Below are positions 27,583 to 40,400 of a stretch of 64,000 bases of DNA, piece by piece. Within the stretch, counting starts at the first letter, position 1. The number at the start of each line of letters is the position of its first letter. The stretch is taken from the IMG/VR virus record IMGVR_UViG_3300044639_001144; one strand, 5' to 3'. Position numbers and translations under genes: made by a program. The DNA is from a virus. The notes under the pieces are model-generated. The model had not been told where the DNA came from. It ran no database searches and saw only the letters and a program-made list of their open reading frames with translations.

Positions 27583-27957
27583 ATGGCAACCTTTATTGGA
27601 TTTTCTACAGTTAGACAAAACAAAAATTTTGTATTAGTTGACTACGAGTTAATCAAACAGGATTTACTTAACGCTTTTAATATTAGACAAGGCGAAGTAG
27701 TGGGTCGACCAGGATATGGCACATTGTTATGGACTTATTTGTTTGAAAACCAAACTCCTGAGTTGCAAACTGCCATTTATAATGAAGTACAGCGTGTAAT
27801 TGCCGGAGATCCTAGATTATATCTTAATAATGTTACTATGTATCCACAAAACAACGGTATATTATTACAGCTTAATTTACAAACGGTGGCAACAACATCG
27901 GCTCAAATATTATCTATTTTCTTTAATGAAAGCCAACGGTCTGCTAGTTACGTTTAA
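27583..27957 (+). CDS. gp25: baseplate wedge subunit (gp25-like)
   Basis: LIKQDLLNAFNIRQGE..GRPGYGT.LW.YLFE...DPR. Confidence 0.9.
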   Translation: MATFIGFSTVRQNKNFVLVDYELIKQDLLNAFNIRQGEVVGRPGYGTLLWTYLFENQTPELQTAIYNEVQRVIAGDPRLYLNNVTMYPQNNGILLQLNLQTVATTSAQILSIFFNESQRSASYV

Positions 27958-28009
27958 CTTAAACACCCCAGATTATTAATACCATAAATACTGTAACATT
28001 GGAACGACC

Positions 28010-31000
28010 ATGGCTACATCTACAAGACAAACAGTATTATTTGGAGTTGAAGATTGGAAAAGAATCTATCAAACCTATAGTGAAGGCAATTTTCAAAGCT
28101 ATGATTTTGAAACCTTACGTAAGAGTTTCATAGATTACCTACGTCAGTACTATCCAGAAACATTCAATGATTATATTGAATCATCAGAATTTATTGCATT
28201 GCTTGATGTTATGGCATTTATGGGTCAAGCATTGGCATTTCGTACAGATTTAAATACACGCGAAAACTATATTGACACAGCAGAACGTCGTGACAGCGTT
28301 ATTAAACTTGCTAATTTAGTTTCTTATAATCCACAACGTAATACAGAAGCTAATGGATATCTTAAAGTATTTTCAGTACAAACTACTGAAAATATAACAG
28401 ATTATAACGGAATAAACTTAGCTAACCTTACAATTAACTGGGCTGATCCTAGTAATTTTGATTGGCAAGAACAATTTACAGCTATTATTAATGCTTCTTT
28501 AGTTGATACACAAAATATAGGTTCTCCCGGCAATGATCAAGTTATATTAGGTATAGACACAAAAGAATATACTATCAATTTAGTTCCTGGATATTTGCCA
28601 GTAGTGCCGTATACAGCAACTATTAATGGTGTTAGCATGCCATTCGAAGCAGTTAATGCCACTTCTCTTGGCGAAACTTATATATATGAACCGCCTCCAT
28701 TGCCAAATGGTCAGTTTAACATTTTATATCGAAACGATCAACTAGGGTTTCAGTCAGCTAATACCGGATTTTTCTTTTATTTTAAACAAGGATCTTTACA
28801 AAATCAAGATTTTAACTTAGTAGAGCAAATTGCCAATCGTACGGTTGATATTAATATCGAAGGTATTAATAATACAGATGTTTGGTTATATCAACTTGAC
28901 AATGTAGGAAATGTTAGTGAAATTTGGTCAAAAGTTCCTTCAATTTACGCAGCAGCAGTAGAGCAAATGTCTCCTAATCTGCGTAACGCATATTCAGTAA
29001 CAAGTCGTACCAATGATCAAATTACATTAGCTTTTGGTGATAATGTTTTTGCTGCTATTCCGGTTGGGCAATTCCGTAACTATGTTCGTGCATCTAATGG
29101 ATTACAATATGTTATTAATCCAGAAAATATGCAGTCAATACAGATTCCTATATCTTATGTTAGTCGAACTGGACAACTTGAAACTTTAACTTTTAATTGT
29201 GGTATTACTACTCCGGTAACTAACGCCGCGGCTCGCGAAACTATCGATCAAATTAAACAACGTGCTCCTGCTCGTTATTATACACAAAATCGTATGGTTA
29301 ACGGTGAAGATTACACTAATTTTCCATTCACAACTTATAATTCTATCATTAAAAGTTCTGCACTTAATCGTAGTTCAATAGGAACTAGTCGATACTTAGA
29401 TTTAGTTGATCCCACAGGTAAGTATTCATCTACGAATGTATTTGGTGCCGATGGTGCATTATGGTATATTAATAATACTCCTGCGTTTACGTTTACATTC
29501 CAAACTAATAATGATATTAATAATGTTATCTTGAATGATATTACACCTATATTATCGAAAGTAACGTTTAAACAATTTTATTACGCATATTTCCCACGCC
29601 CAAGTTTAACGTATTTAAACTACACATGGAGTAAAAGCACAACTATAGTAAATGAAACTACTGGTTATTTTCAAAATAGTAGCGGTGTTCCTATGCCAGT
29701 TGGGCCAACAGTTAGTAATGATGCTTTTTTTATTAATGAAACGGCCCTAGTTAAATTTGTTCCACCTAGTGGATATCACTTTGATACTAATAATGAATTA
29801 AAACCTGGTGTACCCACTGAAGCAGATGACCATTTAGTAATTTGGGCTAGTATAACTGCACTTTATGGAGATGGTACTAATAGTGGGGCAGGTAATTTAA
29901 CAGATGGCACAGGGCCAGTAGTACTGAATACATATGTTCCAACAGGAGCTATTCCAACAGAAGTTATTCCTATTCTAACTACTATTTTTGATTCAACATT
30001 ACAAAGTTCTATACTTAATCAAATTTATTTGAAACAAAATTTTGGACTTGGATATGATAGTACTGGTGCAATTACTGGAACTGCTTACTCGTGGTACATT
30101 ATAACTTCATCTAATCTTGATACAGGTGCGACTTGGAGTCAAACAAACGCTGGTAATACAGCAGGTGCAAATCTTGATGCCAGTTGGCTGGTACAAGCAA
30201 CTTTTGATGGTTCGCAATACACAGTGATATCACGCAGTCTTAATTATTATTTTGGCAGTGTGTTAGAAGTGCGGTTTTTCTTTGACTCTGCTCAAGCGAT
30301 TTATGATAGTCGTACTGGCACAGTTATATCAGATTTTGCTAAAGTTTTACGATCGAATAGTCAGCCAACAAACAATGCTCCGTTATTAACGGACATACCA
30401 CTTAAAATTATTGGACAACCAGTGTTAAGTGATGGATTAGTTGATGATTATCAAGTATTAGTTGGTTACCAAGATTTTAACAATGATGGTATTCCTGATG
30501 ATCCAGATTTTTTCCAACAAATTGTCGGAGTATCTCCAGCAAGTACTACTATTCCGCAGCCATATGTTTATTTCCAACTGACTGTTGATTTTGACAATTT
30601 AGAACGTTATTTGTTACAACCAAACGGAATTGTAGACGATGATTATGCTACATTATCACAAATTCAACTGGTGAAAGAACAATACCCAACGGGACAGATA
30701 TTTTATGCTTACCAAGAAAATAATTTTTATACGTTAACATTAACATTAACAGGCACTAGAACATTATCATTGACACAAGGATGGTTAGCACAAGTTGGTC
30801 GTCAAGATTTATATTTTCAATATCGTCATAATTCATCATTGACTAATCTTATTGATCCAGGCAGTACAAATATCATTGATTTGTATGTAGTAACATTGGC
30901 TTATTATACAGCGTATTCACAATGGATACGCGATACAACAGGTACAGTTTCACAACCATTGCCTCCAACTATTAATGAATTGACAACAGCTTATGCTGGA

Positions 31001-31441
31001 TTGCAAGATTATAAAATGATAAGCGATAATATGATTCTCAATAGCGTGGAATTTTTGCCGTTATTTGGTAGCAAAGCTCCAGAGGCATTGCGAGCTATTA
31101 TTAGAGTTGTTCCGGCTGCAAATACCAATGCTAGCAATAATCAAATTCAAAATTTAGTATTATCGACTATGAATGCATATTTTGACATTGCTAATTGGAA
31201 TTTTGGACAAACGTTTTATTTCTCTGAATTAGCGTCTTATATACATAATCAAATTGGAACTTACGTAGCATCTGTAGTATTAGTTCCGCTTAATCCGCAA
31301 AAATCATTCGGTGATTTATACGAAGTACAATGTGCTCCGTATCAAATTTTCGTCAATGGTGCTACTATTAACAATATTGAAATTATTCAAACGTTAACTA
31401 GCACCAACTTACAAACTGCCCCTGGTAGTGGAGCAATTTAA
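28010..31441 (+). CDS. gp6: baseplate wedge subunit (gp6-like)
   Basis: YDFETLRK, FNDYIESSE..ALLDVMA, ENYIDTAERRDSV..LA, FGD..F..IP, ETIDQIKQRAP..Y.TQNRMV..EDY; CATAAATA upstream (27983-27990). Confidence 0.9.
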   Translation: MATSTRQTVLFGVEDWKRIYQTYSEGNFQSYDFETLRKSFIDYLRQYYPETFNDYIESSEFIALLDVMAFMGQALAFRTDLNTRENYIDTAERRDSVIKLANLVSYNPQRNTEANGYLKVFSVQTTENITDYNGINLANLTINWADPSNFDWQEQFTAIINASLVDTQNIGSPGNDQVILGIDTKEYTINLVPGYLPVVPYTATINGVSMPFEAVNATSLGETYIYEPPPLPNGQFNILYRNDQLGFQSANTGFFFYFKQGSLQNQDFNLVEQIANRTVDINIEGINNTDVWLYQLDNVGNVSEIWSKVPSIYAAAVEQMSPNLRNAYSVTSRTNDQITLAFGDNVFAAIPVGQFRNYVRASNGLQYVINPENMQSIQIPISYVSRTGQLETLTFNCGITTPVTNAAARETIDQIKQRAPARYYTQNRMVNGEDYTNFPFTTYNSIIKSSALNRSSIGTSRYLDLVDPTGKYSSTNVFGADGALWYINNTPAFTFTFQTNNDINNVILNDITPILSKVTFKQFYYAYFPRPSLTYLNYTWSKSTTIVNETTGYFQNSSGVPMPVGPTVSNDAFFINETALVKFVPPSGYHFDTNNELKPGVPTEADDHLVIWASITALYGDGTNSGAGNLTDGTGPVVLNTYVPTGAIPTEVIPILTTIFDSTLQSSILNQIYLKQNFGLGYDSTGAITGTAYSWYIITSSNLDTGATWSQTNAGNTAGANLDASWLVQATFDGSQYTVISRSLNYYFGSVLEVRFFFDSAQAIYDSRTGTVISDFAKVLRSNSQPTNNAPLLTDIPLKIIGQPVLSDGLVDDYQVLVGYQDFNNDGIPDDPDFFQQIVGVSPASTTIPQPYVYFQLTVDFDNLERYLLQPNGIVDDDYATLSQIQLVKEQYPTGQIFYAYQENNFYTLTLTLTGTRTLSLTQGWLAQVGRQDLYFQYRHNSSLTNLIDPGSTNIIDLYVVTLAYYTAYSQWIRDTTGTVSQPLPPTINELTTAYAGLQDYKMISDNMILNSVEFLPLFGSKAPEALRAIIRVVPAANTNASNNQIQNLVLSTMNAYFDIANWNFGQTFYFSELASYIHNQIGTYVASVVLVPLNPQKSFGDLYEVQCAPYQIFVNGATINNIEIIQTLTSTNLQTAPGSGAI

Positions 31442-34400
31442 TGGCCGCAAAAATTCGTTCTGTTGATTTTTTACCTGAGATATTTCAAACTCCGGTAAAC
31501 ACTCAGTTTTTAACAGCTACACTTGATCAATTAATTCAAGAACCTAAATATAAACAAACACAAGGGTTTATTGGTCAAAAAGTTGGACCCGGAGTCATAC
31601 CGACTGATGGATATGTAGTCGAACCAACAGCAAATCGTAACAATTATCAATTAGAACCAGGTGTAGTGAGTTTAGACCCAACAACATCAAAAATTAAAGA
31701 TGCCATTACATATCCGGGTATTATTAATGCATTAGCCATACAAGGCGGTATTACTAATCAAGCAGATAGATTGTTTGAAAGTGAATACTATAGTTGGGAT
31801 CCATTTGTAGATTTTGACAAATATAATAATTATGCTCAATATTATTGGATGCCTGACGGACCAGATTTAGTTACTGTTGCTCCTACATCAATCCCAACCG
31901 AACAAACATTTAATGTTACACGCGGTAACGGGGCTTATTCATTTACTGATTATGCTGGCACTAATCCAACATTGACTTTAGTACGCAATGGTAGATACAA
32001 ATTTGTTGTGGCACAAAATACGCCAGCGACTATAGAATATCGTGTTACTAACAACGGAACTAGTAGTTGGACTATCGATGCTACAGCTAATCCTACCTTA
32101 ACTCTTATTCGTGGCAACACATATGTTTTTAATTTAGTGCAAACTGTTGATCTTGCGTTTTATATCAAAACGCAGCCAAGTTTTGGCACTACAAACTTAT
32201 GGACCGACGGAGTTACGAATAATGGTGCTAGCCAAGGTTTAATTACATTTACAGTACCACAAAATGCTCCTAATACATTATACTATAGTAATGATCTAGA
32301 ATTCAATCTACGTGGACAATTTAATGTTGTCAGTGCAGAGCCTGGCACAGGGCCGGACTTTTGGATTCAGTCTGCCCCTGGCATTGATGGTAAGTTGCCT
32401 TGGTCAAAAAATATCAGTAGCCGTGATGTATTAGGTGTGTCAAACAATGGCACAGATTTAGGAACAGTTACATTCAATGTCCCTGATATTAGCGCACAGA
32501 ATTTTTATTATTCTATGCCTTACATTGGTTATCCTACTGCCACAACAGGGGCGGTAGATTTAATTTCTAATGTATTGTATGACGAAATCAATGGTATCAC
32601 TGTAGATGAATTTTTAGCTGCTTACCCAGACGGTATTGATGGTATTACTAATCTTAATGGTAGAACTATTGTATTTCCTACTCAATCGTCTGATCCTGCG
32701 CCTGGCGGGTGGTATAACGTACAACCATTTGATCCACTACTGACTGGACAAGATTATCAAGTAGGATCTTATGATACTACTCAATTTTCGGAAACTATTC
32801 CAATTACTGATCCCGCTATACAAGCAAGTTTATGGCAAATTCAGTATGTAAACAAAAACGGTGTTGATTTTATTCAGCTTAATAGCATTTTACCTATAGC
32901 CAATTTAACACAATTTATTGTTTCATTCGGTGCACAATACGTTAATACACAGTGGTACAAGAATTCATCTGGATTCTTTACACAAATGCCATTACTTACT
33001 GCGGCATTACCACAGTTATATTACCAAGATAGTCAAGATCCAAGTATTTTTGGTGTGATTAATCTTATCGAAGGTAACATTAATCCAGATATTCCGGCAT
33101 TAGCTATTACTGGGCTTGCTTCAACAGGATCGCAAGTAACTTTATCTTTTGCACAACAAACATCTGCACCATATTCTATTGGTAGTACAATTATTGTATC
33201 TGAGATTATTCCAACTGGATATAATGGCAATTACACAGTATTGGATTGTACCAGTACTTCAGTAACTTATGCAAGCACCTACACTGGCACATATAGTAGC
33301 GGAGGGGTGATAAATTCTGTTAGTATCAATTCTTATATCAATGTTGAAACTGATATCTTAGGGCAACAAAATTATACTAGTCCAAACGGTATAACATTTA
33401 CTAATGGGCTTAAGATTGTATTGAAAGGAAATGTATTCCCTACATCATACATTAACAACACCTATTATGTACAAGGAGTTGGAACTAGTATTACTTTAGT
33501 ACCTGAATCTTTATTAGTAGTTGTAGAATCTTATGCAACTGATGTTAATGGTCAGCCAACTGTGCCTGATTATATTACTATTAATATGGCAAGTCTTGAT
33601 CTTAATCCATGGACTCGTGGAAATCGTTGGTTTCACGTCGATGTTATCGATGCCGCAGCCGCTTATAATAATGTAACTCCCTCTTATACTGGGTTGCAAC
33701 GAGCTAATCGTCCTATCTTAGAATTTCGTGCAGGTACAAAATTATTTAATTTTGGCACAGAAGGTGTGCCAGCAGTTAACATTATTGATTTTACGCAAAC
33801 TAATGCATTATTAAATGTAAATGGGCAAATAGGGTATGGATCTAACGGATATGAATTTGAGCAAGGTAGTTTAGTTATATTTGCTGCTGATTCTAATCCA
33901 GATGTGCGTAATCAAATTTTCACTGTGAACTTTATTGTTCCTGATCCTGAAACTACAACAGTTCCTATCATTGATTTGGTGCCTACAAGTTATAGTCCAG
34001 TATTGCCTGATCAAACTACAGTATGTTTAAACGGGCTTACATTGCCGGTTACATTGGCATCAGGTACAGGCACTATAGTGACATTAAATTTCACTCCAAG
34101 ATCAAGTGTACCTTATGTTGTAGGCCAATCTATTTCTGTAGCAGGAATAACACCTGCATCCTATAACGGCAATTATATTGTAACGGCATGTACAACATCG
34201 TCAGTAAGTTTTACAAGTAATACTACAACCACTTATGTTTCAGGTGGTACAATTGGTGTGCAGGGTCAAAGTTTTTATTATAATGGTACAACTTGGGTAG
34301 AGTCACAACAAAAAACGTCAGTTAATCAAGCTCCGCTATTTGATGTATTTGATAGTAGTGGATATAGCTTCAGTGATTCAACAATATATCCAAGTTCTAA

Positions 34401-37400
34401 TTTTACAGGTTGTAAACTATTAAGTTATACAGAAAATTCAAATAACCCAGTCGATTCTGTATTAGGAATCCCATTAGCTTTCTTTAGTATTAATAACATT
34501 GGTGATATTTTATTCACTAATAACTTATATACTGATACGTTTGTGTACACTCCATCAGAAACAGCTGGTGTTACTGTTGATGTTAGTAATGGATTTGTAT
34601 ATCGATATCTTGATAGAATTTCGTTCACTCCTGAGATTGGATGGCAAACCGCGGCAATTCCGTCATTGCCTAGACAACAATTTCAATTTACCTATGATGG
34701 GCAACCACTACAGTTAGATGTGGTAGTTGAAACAACACTCAATGTTCCTCCAGTACAAATTTTTATTAATGATGTGTACCAATTGCCATCAACTTATACC
34801 TTATCAGTCGATAGTGCAACTAATGTATCATCTATCACGTTGACTGGTAATGGTTATATTATTGGAGATATTGTCGAAGTATTAGCGTACAGTCAACAAG
34901 TTAGTAATGTGGCATTTTATGAAGTTCCTATAAACTTAGAAAATAATCCGTTTAATGGTAATAGTAAACAATTTAGTCTTGGCACGGTACGACAACATTA
35001 TTCGACAATATGTGAAAATTTAGTTGATCTTAACGGTCCTATCAATGGACGTAATAATACTCGTGACTTAGGTAACATAGTTCCTTACGGTCAATTAATT
35101 TTACAGCAATCTTCTCCATTGACTTTAGCTGGGTTTTTCCTACGAAATATTAATTATGATATATTTGCTTCATTAGATTACAATAGCAGAGAATATACCA
35201 AGTACAAAAACAAATTATTAACGGAAGTTACTCGTTTGGATCTTACTGGATCCGAGACAGTGGCACAAATTTTTGATTTAGCAGTATCTAATATTACAAA
35301 AAGTTTGACAAGTTCTGATTCATTTTATTGGTCAGATATGTTCCCAACCGGTACTAATTATACATCAAATACGACTATAGTTAACCCAATTACAACTCAA
35401 ACTTTTAACACAACACAAGTTTATGATTTTACATCAAGTAACTATCTTGGATTATTAGTTTATGTTAACAATGTATTATTAATACGCGGAACTGAGTATA
35501 CAGTATCATCTGATGCTGCTAAATTAACTATATTGGTTTCATTAAACATTGGTGATATAGTTACTATTAATGAATATCCTACTACAGTAGCTAACTGGTG
35601 TCCGAATACTCCTAGCAAAATGGGATTGTATCCAAAGTATACTCCTTCTGTTTATGTAGACGATACTTACTCAGAGCCGACTGTAGTAATCCAAGGACAT
35701 GATGGGTCAATTACTATTGCATTCGGGGATATTCGTGATCAAATATTGTTTGAATTTGAAAAACGCATATACGATAATATCAAAGTTGATGAGAATCCAA
35801 TACCATTATCCACGGATCAAGTAAATCCATATTTTTATCCAGTGGAAACTACTGCATTATTACCAGGTTACTTCCGTAAAACACCTTATACTTACGACGA
35901 AGTTAACCAAATAATGAATGAAGATTTTTTAACTTGGGTCGGACAAAATAAAGTAGACTATACAGCACAAGATTATGTTGCTAGTAATCCATTTACATAC
36001 AATTATAGTCAAGCTGCTAATCGAATTGATCAAACAAAATTCCTACAAGGAAATTGGCGCGGCATCTATCGTTATTTTTACGATACAGAAACTCCTAACA
36101 CAACCCCATGGGAAATGGTTGGTTTTACTGAAGAGCCAGCATGGTGGATTATCAGATACGGCCCAGCACCATATACATCGGGTAATACTGTGCTATGGGA
36201 TGATTTAGAAGCTGGGATTGTGGGAGATCCAGCGGGCCCATACATCTTACCTGAGTATATTCGTCCTGGCTTAGCAAGTATTATACCAGCAGGCCCAGAA
36301 GGTGAATTATTAGCTCCAATAGATTGTATAGTTGGATTGAATAATCCCTATGGATTCCAGCAATCATGGGCAGCAGGCGATGGCGGACCAGTTCAATCAT
36401 CGTGGTGGAATAGTAGTTCTTACCCATATGCAATAATGCGTTTATTAGCTCTTACTAAGCCAGCTCAATTTTTCTCATTATTTGCTGACAGAGATTTATA
36501 TCGTTATAATACTACTATAGGACAGTACTTACTAAACAATCGCTATCGTTTAGATGCAGCCGGTGTACAAGTATACGGTGATGGTGTAAGTAAGGCAAGT
36601 TATATTAACTGGATTGTTGATTATAATCAGCAAACCGGAGTTAATAGTACATCAGCGTTAACAGAATCATTGGCAAATTTAGATGTGCGATTATGTTACC
36701 GCATGGCATCGTTTAGCGATCCTGCGTATGTACAGTTATTCACTGAACGTGGCGGTCCAAATTCCACTAATAATAGTTTAGAAATTCCGGCTTCAAGTTA
36801 TGAATTGTTGTTTTATAAAAATCAACCGTTTAAACAAATCACATATAGTTCAGTAATTGTACAAGTAGAACAATTGGGAACTGGCGGTATTGGATATAGT
36901 GTTTTCGGGTATAGCAATGTACAACCTTATTTTAATATCTTAGTAAGCAGCCCAGTTGGAGCTTATCAAACTATTAGCGCCGGGAATACAACGGTTCAAA
37001 TTCCGTCTCAATATACTAAAAATATTAGACAAATTCCTTATGGGTATGTATTCACTAGTGCATCCAGTGTATGTGACTTTTTATTAAGTTATGGGGCTTA
37101 TTTAGAAAATCAAGGGTTAGTATTTGCTGATGTATATAATGGGTATACGTTAGATTGGAAACAGATGGCACAGGAATTCTTGTATTTTGGAGCCCAAGGA
37201 TGGCAACCAAATACAATGATTAATTTAAACCCTAGTGCCACTACAATTTCAGCTAGTCAGCCGATATCTATTGTAGATACTATTGCCAGTGTAACTCCTG
37301 AAAACATGTTACTGGATCAAAATCGTTTTGCTTTAGATGTTAGCAAAATGATAGTTAATCGAAATGGCAATCGTTTTTCAGTTACAACTACAACTGGGCA

Positions 37401-40400
37401 AACAATTAATTTTCTGACGTTGAAATTTACAAATTACGAAGATATGATTGTGTTGAACAATACAACACAGTTTAATGATTTAATTTATGATCCAATTACT
37501 GCTGCTCGACAATATCGGTTAAGTTTAATTGCTTCTACTACTGCTGAATGGGACGGTCAACTTAACGCACAAGGGTTCATACTTAATTTAAACAACGTAG
37601 AAGAATGGAAACCAAATACCAAGTATACCAAAGGTATGATTGTATTATATAAAAATACCTATTGGCAGTCATTGGTTATCAGTGACCCAGCAGAAAAATT
37701 TAATTTTAACAATTGGATCAAGAGCGATTATCAACTTATTGATAACGGATTATTACCTAATTTAGCTAACAAAGCAGATCAGTTAGTCAGTGCATATGAT
37801 GTATATCAAGCAAATTTAACAAGCGACAATGATTTATTTGCATTTGGATTGATTGGATTCCGTCCTCGTCCTTACATGACTAATATGAACTTAAATGGGG
37901 TAACGCAAGTTCAGTTATATCAACAATTAATTGGAACAAAAGGCACATTACAAGCCGCTGAAATATTTAATTTAGCACAACTTAATAAGAAAGAAAGCGG
38001 GGATTACAATGTATACGAGAATTGGGGTATATTAGCAGGAACTTACGGGGCACAAGCTAACAGAAGTTCCTTTGAAATTCGGATGAATCAAGCATTGCTA
38101 TCCTATAATCCTTCTACTATACAAATCATAGCACCAGGACAAACAAGTAAAGCTAATCAGTCATTATATGTAGATGATTTATGGAAAGAAAGTTTCAATA
38201 TTACCAGCAATGAAATTTTGCCTACAGTTTACGAAACTAGTAGTTTACCTACGGCTTTGCCATCTGCAGGCTATGTATGTTTAGACGATGTCGATGTTAC
38301 AGTATTCAGTCTTAAAGATCCAAGTTCAATTGATGCTGCTATTGGCGATATAGGCATTGGTACTTATATTTGGGCTGCTAAAATTAATACCTATGATTGG
38401 GGTGTGTATCGAGTAGCCGGTGTACCTGGACAAATTTTACAAATATCCGATAATCTTAATAACACTAGTATAGTAAGATTCACTGCTTATCACGGATTGA
38501 ACATATCTGATTTAATTATTATCAAGTATTTTGATGATACAGTAGACGGAGTATATCGTGTATTGGCAGTACCTACCCCAACTACAATTATTATTGCGTA
38601 TTCATTTCTTAATTATAATGTAACAACATTATCAGGAACAGGATTAGCATTTCATTTACAAAGTGCTCGGGTAAGTCAAGCCAGTGATATTGCAACATTG
38701 CCTTATGTAAATGATTTAGCACGTGGAGCAATCGCTTGGGTTGATAATGATGGATCTGGACATTGGGTAACGGTACAAAAACAAGATCCATTTATTACAG
38801 ATTCAATCATTACTCCAGGACTTTCTGCAGTTTCACAATACGGATCAAGTATTGCACAAGCAGAATCTAACTTTGCAGCTTTAGTAGGTGCACCTGGAAG
38901 TAATAGAATATTAACTTATTTTAGAGGTGTACTGACTAATTATCAATACAATAATTCCTTAGAGTTAGGAGCAATAGACTCGAGTAATTTTGGTAATATG
39001 ATATCCTTTGGTAATTCTGAGTGGGCAGTAGCAGGGGCTAACACTAGCTTATCAAATATGGGGTATGCCGCAGTAATTTATAGAAATCCTAACATAAATG
39101 ATTTTTCTATTACACAATTATTAGTTCCGCCTGATCAAAATTTTGATCCAATAAGATTTGGAACATCAGGGGCAATTAGTCAAGATGAGAAATGGATGTA
39201 CATTGGTGCACCTGGGAATAATGTAGTATATGCTTATGAGAAGGTAGAAGTAGTAGATCAGTCTATTACATATACAGCTTCTAGGGATATATTAGCATAT
39301 AACTATGCCACTACAATTCAAATTGATTATTTGAATCCAAATCAATTGTTGATCACTCTAGAAGGCAATACATTATCTAGCGGAATAGATTATACATTAG
39401 ATCAAAATAATGTGATTTTGGCGTTCCCTCCAGGCAATGGGCAAACACTGATAATATCACGTAATGTTTCAGAGCAATTAGATGTTCAAACATATCATGT
39501 AATACAACCAGATTCAGCCTCAGGATCGGGATATGGTGCGGTGTTTACAGTTACTAATACTCGAGGGTTATATACTGCATCATTGGTAACAGGCGGGCAA
39601 AACTATGCTGTTAATGATATACTTGTTATTAATGGTACGCAATTAGGTGGAACAACACCGGCTAATGATTTATCAATAACTGTAGGTAGTGTTATAAATG
39701 GCGGCACAATGGTTGGATTTTCATTAGCTGGCACAGGTGTGTATTCAGCTGACGAATTTATTCTTAGTGACTATTTGTATAATGCCACTTCCATTGAAAA
39801 TTTCACAGTGACTGTAAATCAAGTAATGCAGCGTCCATATTTTGATTATACATTTGATGCAGAAACAACAACTTTAACATTTTTAACAATCCCGGCGCAG
39901 GGTGCAGTTATTATTGCAGCAACTCCGACTTATTGGCAATATGTAGCAAATATTACTGCTACTGATTCATTAGCAGGTGATAACTTTGGAGCTACTGTAT
40001 CTACTACCACTGACGGACGGCAAGTATTTGTAGGTGCGCCTAATGCCACAAGTAATGATATAACAGATTCTGGAATTGTTTATACAATTGACAGAAGTGT
40101 AATTCGTTATATAGTATCAACACCAACACAAATGGTATATACTATTCCTGGTGATATTAACGCTCCATTGGTAGTAACGGTAAACAATGTGGTATTATTA
40201 ACTACTTCACAATCTGTCAACGGACAATATAGTCTAAGTGGTAATACTGTTACGTTTGCAAATATAACATTTAATTATGGCGATATTATTGAATTTGGTA
40301 CAAATCAGTTCACACAAACACAAGAGTTAATTAGTTCGACACAAAATCAATCAGCTCAATATGGATCGGCAATTGATGCATGTCCATTAAGTTGTAGTTT

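Noticed and set aside
27022-27618. 198-aa minus-strand ORF
   Set aside because: Antisense to the G/A/S-rich half of 26030..27568; no motifs
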